The notes beneath the pieces are model-generated. The model was not told the origin of the DNA, searched no databases, and worked only from the letters and a program-made list of their open reading frames with translations. A stretch of 64,000 bases of DNA, from positions 1,984,001-2,048,000 of the forward strand of contig CM075989.1 of the NCBI GenBank assembly GCA_038087875.1, in the 5' to 3' direction. Within the stretch, counting starts at the first letter, position 1; every line of letters starts with the position of its first letter. This DNA comes from Malacoraja senta. Its lineage: Eukaryota. Below are positions 12,204 to 24,497 of this stretch, piece by piece. Both the position numbers and the translations under genes were made by a program.

Positions 12204-12869
12204 CACCTCAAGAACCTGGTAATGTTTCCCTCCTCTCTGGAATTAGCTTCACTCCAAATGAACGGCGGACCAGATGGTGGTGATGTTACTGAACGTGCTA
12301 CTGAAGCCCACAGCGACAGTTGGAGAATTTCAATTCAGCGTGGGTATTTAAAAATCCCTCTGCTTCACTAATGTTCCCCAGGAAAGTCAATCTGCCATCC
12401 TTCCCCAGTGCAATGGTATATGTGGTGAACATCAACACTGGCCCTGACACTGACATTCACATCTCATCATTGAGTCATTTTGCCCCTGATCCATAATCTG
12501 CATTCCGTGAGATTGGAGAGTAACGGCATTCCCTCTCACGCACACAAATCCAAATACTGTCATAAAATCATAAATGATAGGAGCATCAAGTCTACTCCGC
12601 CATTCAACCATGGCTGATCTATCTCTCCCTCCTAACCCCATTCTCCTGCCTTTTCCCCATAAACCCAGACACCAGAACTAATCAAGAATCTATCTTAACA
12701 ATATCCATTGGCTTGGCCTCCACAGCCTCCTGTCAGTCCCCACTGTCAGAGACCACATAACGTTCATCGCTTACTGGATCTGACCCTGGCCACGGCCAGA
12801 TTGTAAGTGGCATCTTTATGCAGAGCTGCAGTAAGTGCACACTGCGGTCAATATTTTCACTGCTGGTTA

Positions 12870-13208
12870 TGGGCCTGTCCCACTTACGCGACCTTTTCGG
12901 CGACTGCCGGCACCCATCATAAGTCGTTGCAAGTCGGCGAAAATTTTCAACATGTTGAAAATCCAGCAGCGACCAGAACAAGGCACGACTCTTTGGGCGA
13001 CTACTCGCGACCATACAGGCTTCACCCCGCGACATGTCGCCAGGGTGTCTCCTGTATGGTCGTGAGTCATCTCCTCAGTCGGCTAAAGTGTCGTAGTGTC
13101 TTGCTGGTCACCACTGGATTCAACATGTTGAAAACTTTCGGCAACCTGCAAAGACCTATGACGGGTACCGACAGTCGCCGAAGAAGTCGGGTAAGTGGGA
13201 CAGGCCCA
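12870..13208. mobile_element. PIF/Harbinger MITE
   Basis: TIR tgggcctgtcccacttac; TTA TSD at 12867-12869 and 13209-13211. Confidence 0.9.
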
Positions 13209-13384
13209 TTATGAGTGGTTTAATGTGGTGTTGGCCAGGGTGTATTCTAGGGGAGGTGGACATGCAGCAGCCTCATGGATCTGGTGCCAAGTAATTCACA
13301 CGGCTGCTCCAAAATGCAGAGTGCTTCTTCCCCACAGCACCTCACGCCAATGACACCCCGACACTGACCCTCCACAGCAGACAA

Positions 13385-13527
13385 GACCTTCTGAAGAAGA
13401 AGGGTCTCGAAGAAGAGTCTCAACTCGGAACGTCACCTATTCCTTTTCTCCAGAGACCCGCTGAGTTACTCCACCTTTTTGTATCTATCTTGGGTTTAAA
13501 CCAGCATCTGCTGTTCCTTCCTACACA
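13385..13527 (+). mobile_element. PLE terminal unit with 13-bp TSD
   Basis: ccacagcagacaa at 13372-13384 and 13528-13540. Confidence 0.82.
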
Positions 13528-13629
13528 CCACAGCAGACAATTAGAAGCATGTGATGATGTGAATGAGTGAATGAAAGATACTTTATGATACTTTACCAAT
13601 ACACAACATGCATTGTGCTCCATTTTGTA

Positions 13630-13942
13630 TGGTACGGTGGCGCAGCGGTAGAGTTGCTGCCTTACAGCTTCAGAGACCCGGGTTCGATCCAAACTAAGGT
13701 GGCTGTCTGTATGGCGTTTGTACGTTCTTCCCGTGACCTGCGTGGGTTTTCTCCGGAATCTCCAGTTTCCTCCCACTCTCCAAAGACGTACAGGTTTGTA
13801 GGTTAATTGGCTTGGTATAAGTGTAAATGGTCCCTAGTGTGTGTAGGGTAGTGTTAGTGTGAAGAGAACACTGGCTGGCATGGATTCGGTGGGCCGAAGG
13901 GCCTGTTTCCACGGTGTATCTCTAAACTAAACTAAACTAAAC
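13630..13942 (+). mobile_element. HE1-type V-SINE
   Basis: Full length with (TAAAC)n tail. Confidence 0.92.
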
Positions 13943-14009
13943 AGAGATGTGAGTGACGGACTTGGAACAAGCATATCCATTAAATATCTGAAATATAATC
14001 AGAGATATA

Positions 14010-14415
14010 TGCGTGCAGAGAAGATTTACAAGGATGTTGCCGGGACTTGAGAGTCTGACCTATGGGGGGAGGTCGGACAGGCTAGGATTTTATTCCTTGG
14101 AATATCGGAGGACGAGGGGTGATCTAAAAGAGATGTATAAGATCATAGGGGGATAGAAAGGGTAGATGCACAGCAAGTTTTACCCAGTGTTAAAGGAGTA
14201 AAAATTTAAGGTGAGAGGGGAAAGGTTTAATAGGAAACTGAGGGGCAACTTCATTGGGTATAAAGGAATGAGCTGCCGGAAGAGGTAGTTGAGGCAGGGA
14301 CTTTAACAACATTTAAAAGACATTTGGACAGGTAGATGAATAGGAAAGGTTTAAAGGGATATGGGCAAAACATGGCCTGTTTCCGTGCGGTATGATTCCA
14401 TGAGTATGACTCTAT
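14010..14415 (+). mobile_element. Older CR1 3' fragment
   Basis: Degraded QRRFTRMLPG..RGDL..WNELP coding sequence and tail. Confidence 0.75.
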
Positions 14416-14469
14416 AACACTACTTCCCTTATAATCCCTTAATGCAAACAGGGAGGATGGACAAGGCTA

Positions 14470-14750
14470 GAATGCACTGCACCAGAGACTCAGCTTTGAT
14501 CCTGACCCGATCCTCTGTGTGGAGTTTGCACATTCTCCCCGTGACTGCGAAGATTTCCTCCGGGGCTCCAGTTTCCTCCCGCATCCCACTGATGTGAGGG
14601 TCTGTAGATTAACTGGTCTCAGTAACATTGCTCCTAGTGTGGAGGGAGTGGATATTAACGTGGGATAACATAAACTGGTGCGAACGGGTGAATAATGCTC
14701 GGTGTTGCCCTAGGGCCTGTTTCAATGCAGCACCTCTCAATTAAAATCAA
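14470..14750 (+). mobile_element. Diverged HE1-type SINE
   Basis: Degenerate match to the family. Confidence 0.7.
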
Positions 14751-14874
14751 CTCATCTAAGTCTGACTGTGTCAACTACAGTTTTCTCGCCACTTCCAGGA
14801 TTCCTCAGCCACCCTCTGCCCATGCTAAAGTGCTGCTCCCTCAATCACAGTGTGGTCACAGTTATGATCCACAG

Positions 14875-15420
14875 GGTGGCGCCAGCAATGGCTGCCTCGC
14901 CAACAGTCTGTCTGCCCCCTCCTTCTTTGTTGTTTTTTAGTATGTGTTAAATGTATGTTTTTAGTGTTTTTTAGCTTGTTTTATGTGGGGGGGGGGGGGG
15001 AGGAGGGGGGAACTTTTTTCTAATCTCTAACCTCGACGGAGATGCAATTTTTTTCCGTATCATATCTCGTGGAGCTGTCGGCCTTTGCTGGAGACCGACT
15101 TTGGGAACTCCAACCACGGGAGCCTGCAGGACCTAACATCGTGGAGCTCGCGGTCCCTGGTTAGGGACCGACTTTGATAGCCCCAAGCTACAAGAGCTTC
15201 GATCGCCCCGACTACGGGATGGTTCAACTGCCCTGACCGCCGGAGAATAAAGAGGATGAAGTGTGGACTTTATAACCTTCCATCACAGTGAGGAATGTGG
15301 GGAATCCCCTGTGGTGGATGTTTATGTTAACATTTATGTAGTTGTGTGCCTTGTTGCATTTTGTTAGTATGACTGTATGGTAATTCGAGTTTCACTGTAG
15401 ATTAATTGGTACACGTGACC
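14875..15420 (+). mobile_element. GC-rich non-autonomous retroelement with Rex/Babar-type tail
   Basis: Shares its 5' part and the tccatcacagtga..ctgtggtggatgtt block with 35732-36490. Confidence 0.6.
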
Positions 15421-15424
15421 ACTA

Positions 15425-16908
15425 CATAGAAACATAGAAAATAGGTGCAGGAGGAGGCCATTCGGCCCTTCGAGCCAGCACCGCCATTCATTGTGATCAT
15501 GGCTGATCGTCCCCTATCAATAACCCGTGCCTGCCTTTTCCCCATATCCCTTGACTTCACTAGCCCCAAGAGCTCTATCTAACTCTCTCTTAAATCCATC
15601 CAGTGATTTGGCCTCCACTGCCCTCTGTGGCAGGGAATTCCATAAATTCACAATTATCTGGGTGAAAAAGTTTTTTCTCACATCAGTCTTAAATGACTTC
15701 CCTTTTATTCTAAGACTGTGCCCCTGGTTCTGGACGCGCCCAACATTGGGAACATTTTTCCTGCATCTAGCTTGTCCAGTCCTTTTATAATATTATATGT
15801 TTCTATAAGATATCCCCTCATCCTTCTAAACTCCAGTGAATACAAGCCTAGTCTTTTCAATCTTTCCTCATATAACAGTCCCGCCATCCCAGGGATCAAT
15901 CTCGTGAACCTACGCTGCACTGCCTCAATCACAAGGATGTCCTTCCTCAAATTAGGAGACCAAAACTGTACACAATACTCCAGATGTGGTCTCACCAGAG
16001 TCCTATACAACTGCAGAAGAACCTCTTTAGTCCTATACTGAAATCCTCTTGTTATGAAGGCCAACATTCCATTAGCTTTCTTCACTGCCTGCTGTACCTG
16101 CACGCCAACTTTCAGTGACTGGTGTACAAGGACACCCAGGTCTTGCTGCACCTCCCCCTTACCCCATTGAGATAATAATCTGCCCCCTTGTTTTTGCCGC
16201 CAAAGTGGATAACCTCACATTTATCTATATTATACTGCATCTGCCACGCATCTGCCCACTCACTCAACCTGTCCAGGTCACCCTGGAACCTCCTAACATC
16301 CTCTTCACAGTTCAAACTGCCACCCAGCTTTGTGTCATCCGCAAACTTGCTAGTGTTGCTCCTAATTCCCTCTTCCAAATCATTAATATATATGGTAAAC
16401 AGTTGCGGCCCCAACATCGAGCCTTGCGGCACTCCACTCGCCATTGCCTACCATCCTGAAAAGGACCCGTTCACTCCTACTCTTTGCTCCGGTCTGCCAA
16501 CCAATTTTCTATCCATGTCAACACCCTACCCCCAATACCATGTGCTCTAATTTTAGTCACCAGTCTCCCGTGTGGGACCTTATCAAAGGCTTTCTGAAAG
16601 TCTAGATACACTACATCCACTGGCACCCCTTCATCCATTTTACTTGTCACATCCTCAAAAAATTCCAGAAGATCAGTCAAGCATGATTTCCCTTTCATAA
16701 ATCCATGTTGACTTGGACTAATCCTTTTACTGCTAGCCAAATGCCCCATTATTACCTCTTTAATAATTGACTCCAGCATCTTTCCCACCACCGGTCAGGC
16801 TAACTGGTCTGTAATTCCCCGTTTTCTCTCTCGCTCCTTTCTTGAAAAGTGGGATAACATTAGCTATCCTCCAATCCACAGGAACTGATCCTGAATCTAT
16901 TGAACATT
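15425..16908 (-). mobile_element. CR1/HER1 LINE 3' fragment
   Basis: Minus-strand ORF pieces YLDFQKAFDKV, GVPQGS, FADDTK, LVRPHLEYC; tail at 15425. Confidence 0.92.
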
Positions 16909-16998
16909 GGAACTATTGGACATCTATTGAACTCGTCGCGGCCTCATTAAAGACCTTTGGACCTTTGAATCCACGCATCTGCAAAACGGTGATCCTCA

Positions 16999-17597
16999 TG
17001 GGCCTGTCCCACTTAGGCGATTGATCAGGCGACTGTCAAGTTGCCGGCAGTCGCCTGAAAAAACGGCAACTGGAACGGCGGTTGTCAGAGTGGAACACAC
17101 ACACACACACATCACTTCCTTCACTAGCCCGTTATGCAGGCGGGGGACAGGGCAAGCGGGGGAGCAGTGTCTGAGTGAAATTCACACGTTGCAAAGCCAA
17201 GGTGATACAGACACACACCACGATGAACGGTTATCCTTGGTTCTGAAAAACTACTGCTTACGGGTTTTTTTCCCAATGAGCCAATTAAATTCACTGGTCA
17301 GCACCGGCGACAGACTACGTGAACCTTCGACCTCCTGGCAACCCACTAGGACCTCCTGGCGACCCACCTACGGCACGAGAATTCCCGTTACTCTCCATGG
17401 CGGCTTCATTCTAGTCGCCGCTAATATTTCAACATGTGAAAAATTTGCGGTGACCATAATGAGGCCGCGACCAGTTCCCAGAATGCGGGAATTCCTGATG
17501 ACCATGAAGTTGACTCCCCGGCAACCACCCGCGAACATGTGACGACTGCATAGTCTCCTGCAGTCGCCTAAAAAGTCGCCCAAGTGGGACAGGCCCA
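16999..17597. mobile_element. PIF/Harbinger MITE
   Basis: TIR tgggcctgtcccactt.ggcga; TCA/TTA TSD. Confidence 0.87.
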
Positions 17598-17599
17598 TT

Positions 17600-18125
17600 A
17601 CAACTCCGAAAGAAATGCGCGGAGCAGAATCAACTACACGTGGCTCCCTCTATCCTTGCCAAAGCCTTTGACTTCATCCACTGAGAGAGATTGCGGAACA
17701 CTCCTTCAATTCTGCCGCCCACAGATATTCTCCATCTCCATCATACAGCTGCATTGAGGTAGCATGCAAGTCATGGACATAACCAGTGAATCTACACAAA
17801 ATCAAGCTCAGTAAAGATGTACATCAAACAAGACTGCAGCAATTGCTCGAGACAGTTTGCATTCCTCCTCACCGCGGCATTGCATCACACCTGCGACAAG
17901 CCTTCTGCAGGTTAAACAGTTTCTTATTAATCTTCAAACTAGCAGGAAACTGTTTAACCTCTGGTGATGAAATTCCAGACCCAAGGTCGTCATCACCACA
18001 CTAACCGAGATGCAGTAGAGACATGCTGAATGCATTCGCACATTGAGACCTGGCACCAAGTCATGGTCAGCTCACCCGCTCAAGCATCGGCGAGGATGAG
18101 CCTTACACTTAACATCTGCGGAAAG
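17600..18125 (+). mobile_element. Very old RTE-like RT relic, possibly continuing at ~19330-19935
   Basis: Degraded LAKAFD..; the second part has PYLRSH..I.EEI..K.FD. Confidence 0.4.
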
Positions 18126-18129
18126 GGCT

Positions 18130-18425
18130 GAGTTCAGTTTAGTTTAGAGATACAGTGCGGAAACAGGCCCTTCGACCCACCTAGTCCACACCGGCCAGCG
18201 GTCCCCGCCCATTAACATATACAAATATACAATTATACCAGGCTAATTAACTTACAAACCTATACGTCTTTGGAGTGTGGGAGGAAACCGAAGATCTTGG
18301 AGAAAATCCATGCAGATCACGGGGAAAATGTACAAACTCCGTACAGACGGCACCCGTAGTCAGGATCGAACCTGGGTCTCTGGCGCTGTAAGTCAGTAGC
18401 TCTACCGCTGTGCCACCGTGCCACC
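18130..18425 (-). mobile_element. HE1-type V-SINE
   Basis: Full-length reverse copy. Confidence 0.9.
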
Positions 18426-18444
18426 CGTAAATCAGTTCTGCTAC

Positions 18445-18860
18445 TAGGTTTAGGTCTATTATTGTCACGTGAACCGTGGTGCCGTGAAACGCTTTGTCAC
18501 GCGGTCCAATGAAATCTGATAATACTGTACATGAATACAATAAAACCAAACTCAACCACAACAGGTAGTGAAGAGAAAGACACCGAGTGCAGAGTACAGG
18601 TCTCAGCATTGCAGTGCAACAGTTCCAGAGATAAAGTCCAACGTCCACAATGAGGAATTTGGAAAGTCGAGACTGTACCCCAGATCCTGGAAGGACTGTT
18701 TGAACCCCGATAACAGAAGGGAAAAAGCAGTTCCAGAGTCTTGCTCTTTCCAGCTTCTATATCTTCTGCTCATGGGAGTGGGGAGAAAAAATAATGTTTT
18801 CCCAAGACAGCACGTAATGTAGATAGAGTTAATGGTGGGGAGTTAGGTCTGTGTGATGGA
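18445..18860 (-). mobile_element. Rex1/Babar 3' end
   Basis: Reverse complement ends cacgtgacaataatagacctaaacct; degraded ORF end. Confidence 0.6.
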
Positions 18861-18869
18861 CTATACGAC

Positions 18870-19330
18870 CATAGGATGAAGGAACAGAATTAGGCCATTC
18901 AACTCATCAAGTCTGTTCCACCATTCAATCATGGCTGATCTATTTTTCCCTCTGAACCCCATTCTCCTCCCTTCTCCTTGTAACCTTTGATGCCCTTACT
19001 AGTCAAACACTTTACAAGTACCCAATGACTTGGTCTCCACCGCCATCTATGGCAATGAATTCCACAGATTCACCCCCCTCTTGCTAAAGAAATTCCTCCT
19101 CATCTCCATTCTAGAGGTACGATCATTTATTCTGAAACTGTGCCCTCTAGTCCCAGACTCTCCCACCACTGGAAACATCATCTCCACATCCACTCTACTG
19201 GCCTACATCTAAATGTACAGCTCTCTGCAATTTCTTGCGGTCTTGGGCAGAGCTGCTCCCAAACCAAGCTGTGATGTACCCAGCCAGTATGCAATCTATG
19301 GTGCATGGATCTGTAGATGTTTGTAAGAGT
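18870..19330 (-). mobile_element. CR1 3' fragment(s)
   Basis: Reverse complement of CR1 3'UTR and ORF2 end. Confidence 0.75.
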
Positions 19331-20214
19331 CTTTGGATACATGGTGAATTTGCTCAACCTTGCCTCCGCTGCATGGCATTGATCACCAACAATGCATGCT
19401 CATGGGGAAACCATGGACAACATGGACCTCTCCCATATCTCAGGAGCCACTCCTCAATGAAGGCAGGCATCAATGAAGAGATTGGCCGTCACTTTCAATA
19501 TCACAGGACAACAGTTGGTTGATTGAGAAAAAAGATGTTTGATTAACAGGAGTTCCTACCTTTGGCAAGCTCTGTCCACCTGGCAGCAGTCTACACTGGT
19601 CTGTTCCTGAGACTGGACTAACTAGAATAGGCAGATCAAAGCATGCAACACAACCATGCATAGCATAAAGCCATGCGATCTCTGCAACATCACGCATACA
19701 CACTGGAAGGATAAGCCAGCCAACGCCAGTGACTCAACACCCCCACTACTGTCTGTTGGTTCCACTGAGCAGGCCTTCTTATCTCCACACACTCATGAAT
19801 CCCTCATCTGGGAAGGAACTACTCACAGGTAGCAAAGAAGATACAAGAATATTCTTAAAGCCTCTTTGAAAAAAACACATCCTCACTGACCTGAGATTCT
19901 CTGCATCCTTGGCTCATACCATCCATCGTGGGGAAGGAATATGCAACATGGATTGGTTGCACTAAGGACTACATGTTTTTGCACGAGTATAATGATAATT
20001 AATTTACAGATTTTTTTGTTTATTATATGTTCTCTGTGTGTACTAGTACTGTGTTTACAGGCCTGTTATGCTGCTGCAAGTCAGAATTTCATTGATCTGT
20101 TGTCGGTACTTATGACATTTAAGCACTCTTAACTCACTTCAACAACGAGCTCACACAGTGTATCACTATGCCAGGGCCGGGGGGTGGGGGGGGGGGGGGA
20201 GAACACTACCTCAC

Positions 20215-20403
20215 AGCCTGCCTGCCCATTTACCTGTCTGCATATTCTCCTGCCCATTTACCTGTCTGCATATTCTCCTGTCCATTCACCTGCCCAATCA
20301 CCTGCCCATTCACCTGCCCAATCACCTGCCCAATCACCTGCCCATTCACCTGTACATTCACCTGTACATTCACATGCCTATTCACTTACCTGTACACCTG
20401 CCT
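20215..20403. repeat. 12-bp minisatellite (TTCACCTGCCCA)-like
   Basis: ~15 degenerate units. Confidence 0.9.
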
Positions 20404-20829
20404 GGTCAGGAATCTCTGTGCCATCACTGCAAGGATCTGCAGTTCCCTTCGTGGCCTCCTTGACCATGTCAGAATGCACGGAACCAGAGTTTGTTTCTCT
20501 AAGTGCCACGAGTGACAAGCCTAGGCCACCTTCTCCCTTTACTCACCCACATCTATCCCGCAACCTTTATTTCACCAATGCCAACAGGATATTGGCTGCT
20601 GGGTCCAGGGCCACAGTGAGGCAAGACCAAGTGCTGCAGGGGCCCCACCACAAAACCAGGGTGGAGATATGGCATCCTCATTTCCAAGGGCTGTTTGTAA
20701 TAGATACATTGATAAATATGACCCCACCTCCACCCCAGGTAGAAGGTGCCAGACACACACCAACTATGTGTAAAAAACTTGCCCCACCCAATTCCTTTAA
20801 CCTTTACCCCTCTCACCGTAAAGCCATTT

Positions 20830-21490
20830 ATAAGGTCATAAGGTCATAAAAAATATGAGTAAAATTAGGCAATTCAGCCCATCAAGTCTACTCCACCATT
20901 CAATCATGGCTAATCTATCTCTACCACCTAACCCCATTCTCCTGCCTTCTCCACATAACCCCTGATGCCTGTACTAATTCGAATTCCACTGTAACTTAAT
21001 TGGTACATGACAATAAACTGACCTTGAAACCTTAATCAAGAATCTATCCACTGATTGGCCTCCACAGCATTGTGTGGCAAATAATTCCACATTCACCACC
21101 CTCTGACAAAAGAAATTCCACCTCATCTCCTTCCTAAAAAAAATCCTTTAATCCCGAGGCTATGACCTCGCCCACTAGTAGAAACATCCTCTCCACATCC
21201 ACTCTACATTCCCTGTAGTCGGATATTTCCACCTTGGAAAAGGGTTTTGATGTTGATCCTATCTCTGCCTCTCATGATTTTATATACCTATCAGGTCATG
21301 TCTCAAACTGTGCTATTCCAGTCAAAACAATCCAGGTCAGTCCAATCTCTCTGTAACTAATACCATCTAATGCAGGCATCATTCTGGTCAACCTTTCCAG
21401 CAACGGTTCCAATGCCTCCACATCCTTCCTGTAATGTGGTGACCAGAAATGCTGCAATACTCCAAATGCAGCCCTTGGATAATGCAACGA
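20830..21490 (-). mobile_element. Nested CR1 3' fragments
   Basis: Tail at 20830; HFWSPHYRKDVEALE in ORF 21296-21496. Confidence 0.8.
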
Positions 21491-22109
21491 TTCCACACTT
21501 GCACAATCCTACGTCCTCTTTAAACAAAGTATGTCTTGACTTAACTACAGGATATTCAGTTACAAGACACAAAAAAGACTGCATAGATCTGGTACCCATT
21601 GTGACCATAGAACATCCAAAAATGGTTACAGTTCAACATGTTATTAAAGTATGCGTATATTAACAGTCAACCTCTAATACATAAGAGATGATATACAAGG
21701 GATTGCAGATGCTGGAATATTGAGCAAAAAACAAAGTTGCTGGAGGAACTCTGCGGGTCAGGCAGCATCTGTGAGGGGTCTCCGGAGACCGGTAGATAGC
21801 CAGTCAGTACCGAAACTCCAGCTGAGGTTCGAACTGGGAAGTAGGGAACTGGAGCTGGAAGCCATGAGGTATGAGATGGAGGCGCAGGCATGTCCCGTCT
21901 GTGAGGGAATCTGTGAGGGAATGGACAGATGACGTTTTGGGTTGGGACCATTCTTCAAACTAATTCACATAACAGAAGCTTCCACGAATACCAAATAAAC
22001 TATGCAAAAGCTGTAAATAATCCGCAGATTAGCAGGAAAGAGGAATGGAATAAGTGTTTCACAACATAAGAATTTCATTGTTCCATGTGGGTACATATGA
22101 CAATTACAT

Positions 22110-22610
22110 AGATAGATACATAGATACATAGAAAATAGGTGCAGGAGTAGGCCATTCGGCCCTTCGAGCCTGCACCGCCATTCAATATGATCATGGCTGA
22201 TCATCCAACTCAGTATCCCGTACCTGCCTTCTCTTCATACCCCCTGATCCCTTTAGCCACAAGGGCCACATCTAACTCCCTCTTAAATATAGCCAATAAA
22301 CTGGCCTCAACTACCCTCTGTGGCAGAGAGTTCCAGAGATTCACCACTCTCTGTGTGAAAAAGTTTTTCCTCATCTCGGTCTTAAAGGATTTCCCCTTAT
22401 CCTTAAGCTGTGACCCTTGTCCTGGACTTCCCCAACATCGGGAACAATCTTCCTGCATCTAGCCTGTCCAACCATAAGAATTTTGTACGTTCTATAAGAT
22501 CCCCTCTCAATCTCCTAAATTCTAGCGAGTATAAGCCAAGTCTATCCAGTCTTTCTACATATGAAAGTCCTGACATCCAGGAATCAGTCTGGTGAACCTT
22601 CTCTGCACTC
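22110..22610 (-). mobile_element. CR1/HER1 3' fragment
   Basis: Near-identical to the reverse complement of 52050-52546. Confidence 0.9.
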
Positions 22611-22893
22611 TGACAATTAAATACTCTTGTCTTTTGATGAACTTTCATCAGTACACTTATTTAAATTAAATATCAGTTACTTTTATTTCTCAGAGTTGCT
22701 GTCCGACCAGCTGAGTATTTCCATCTTCTGTCATCGTAATTCAGAGTTGCAGCATCCGTAAACCTAGAAGGGTCTCGACCCGACACGTCACCCATTCCTT
22801 CTCTCCAGAGATGCTGCCTGTCCTGCTGAGTTATACTCCAGCTTTTTGTCTCTATCTTCCGTAAACATTATGTTTATTTGCATTGTAGATTTC

Positions 22894-23033
22894 ATGATCT
22901 CAGTCCTTCAAATGACTCAGTAAATAATGCAGGACTTCCAAGTTGCATACACTGTGAAAAGCTATTCACAGTGTATGCAACTTGGAAGTCATGCATCTCA
23001 TTTACCTGAGTCATTGACTAGGACTGAGATCAT
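22894..23033. repeat. 140-bp near-perfect palindrome
   Basis: Centre AGCT at 22960-22963; arms complementary out to atgatctcagtcc / ggactgagatcat. Confidence 0.92.
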
Positions 23034-23153
23034 TGGAATTAAGTGTCAAGAAGGAACTGCAATGCTGGAGAATCGAAGGTAGACAAAAATGCTGGAGAAA
23101 CTCAGCAGGACGGCAGCATCTCTGGAGCGAAGGATATAGGCAACGTTTCGGGC

Positions 23154-23181
23154 CTGAAGAAGGGTTTCGGCCCGAAACGTT
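23154..23181 (+). ncRNA. Minimal hammerhead core, subfamily B (GUU triplet)
   Basis: CUGAAGA A GGGU-UUCG-GCCC GAAACGUU. Confidence 0.6.
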
Positions 23182-23189
23182 GCCTACAG

Positions 23190-23599
23190 GTGTACAGTAT
23201 ATTGACTGGTTGCATCATGGTTCGTCAACTTGAATGCCCAGGAGCGAAGAGGACTTCAATAAGTTGTGAACACTGCCCAGTCCATCTGACCTCCCCACCA
23301 TCAAAGGGATTTACAGGAGTCGTTGCCTCAAAAAGGCAGCAACATCATCAGAGACCCACACCATCCTGGCCACACACTCATTTCACCCCTGACATCGGGA
23401 AGAAGGTACAGGAGCCTGAAAACTGTAATGTCCAGGTTCAGGAACAGCTACTTCCCCACAGCCATTCGGCTATTAAACACTACAAGCTCAAATAATCTCT
23501 GAACTACATAGGCTATTATTATTATTATTGCACTATTATTGTGTTTTTTTGTGTGTACGTATGTGTACATGCATATATATATATATATATATATATATA
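23190..23599 (+). mobile_element. Rex1/Babar LINE 3' fragment
   Basis: Frameshifted SILTGCI..VVNTAQSI..IIRDPHHPGH..SGRRYRSLK..RFRNSYFPTAIRLLN, then 3'UTR ending in (TA)n. Confidence 0.8.
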
Positions 23600-24412
23600 C
23601 TAGACCAAGTGCAGACCCATTGGGTCTGTTCCCGCAACGCGCGGTTGCGAGTGGAGGGGGCGGCATGAGGTGTCACACACACACACACACTAACCAACCT
23701 CTCACACACACACACTAACCACCCCCATTGATATTATATTAAGAAGGGAGGGAGGAGAGGGGTAGGGCCGCCCAACAGCCGTCGGCCTCAGAGTTAGCCT
23801 CAGCTCCATGGCCTCGCATCCTCGGTGCTTCAGACCCCGAGTACGGGGAGGGGGTTGGGGGAGGGTGGAGTGGGCGGGCGGGCGTGATCCCGAGTGAGCC
23901 TGCGGGCCGCCAGCGAGGACGGCAAAAAGCAGCGGGGGGACCAGCCGATCTGTGCCTTCCGCCAGCATGTACGGGGACGGGGGGGGGGTGGAGGGTGGAG
24001 TGGGCGGGCGGGCGTGATGCCGAGTGAGCCTACGGGCTGCCAGCGAGGATGGCGAAAAGCAGCGGGGGGACCAGCCGATCTTTGGCTTCCATCAGCGTGA
24101 CAGAGCTGGGCCGGGGGGGGGGGGGGGTGGGGGAAGTGGAGGAGAGCCGGGCGGCAGCAGCCGTTAAGGTCACGCGGGGCACACGATGAGAAGGTGGCCA
24201 GCGTGAGGCGAAAAAATGAGTGAGTGGGGGGGGGGGAGGATTTTATTAAAAATGTGTACAGAAAAATGACTACATTTAATGAGGAATGGATGAGTGAATG
24301 TAAAAGTAGAATCACTAGCGAAATGGTAAACATCTCGGCGATTTTGTGTCTGGTTTTCGCGGAGTAATGAATCAAAGGCAAAAATAATGACATACACACA
24401 CACACACACACA

Positions 24413-24497
<85 letters not shown>
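23600..24497 (-). mobile_element. Non-autonomous Helitron
   Basis: Minus-strand 3' end: hairpin cagaccc-aat-gggtctg, 8 nt, then CTAG followed by T; internal ~110-bp GC-rich duplication; (CA)n near the other end; 5' TC end not identified. Confidence 0.65.
24392..24497. repeat. (CA)n microsatellite
   Basis: Seen directly. Confidence 0.98.

Noticed and set aside
13630..13710. tRNA gene-like A/B boxes
   Set aside because: Heads of HE1 SINEs, continuing into SINE body and tail
20184..20849. 221-aa ORF with SPAH repeats
   Set aside because: Produced by the 12-bp minisatellite; open in several frames
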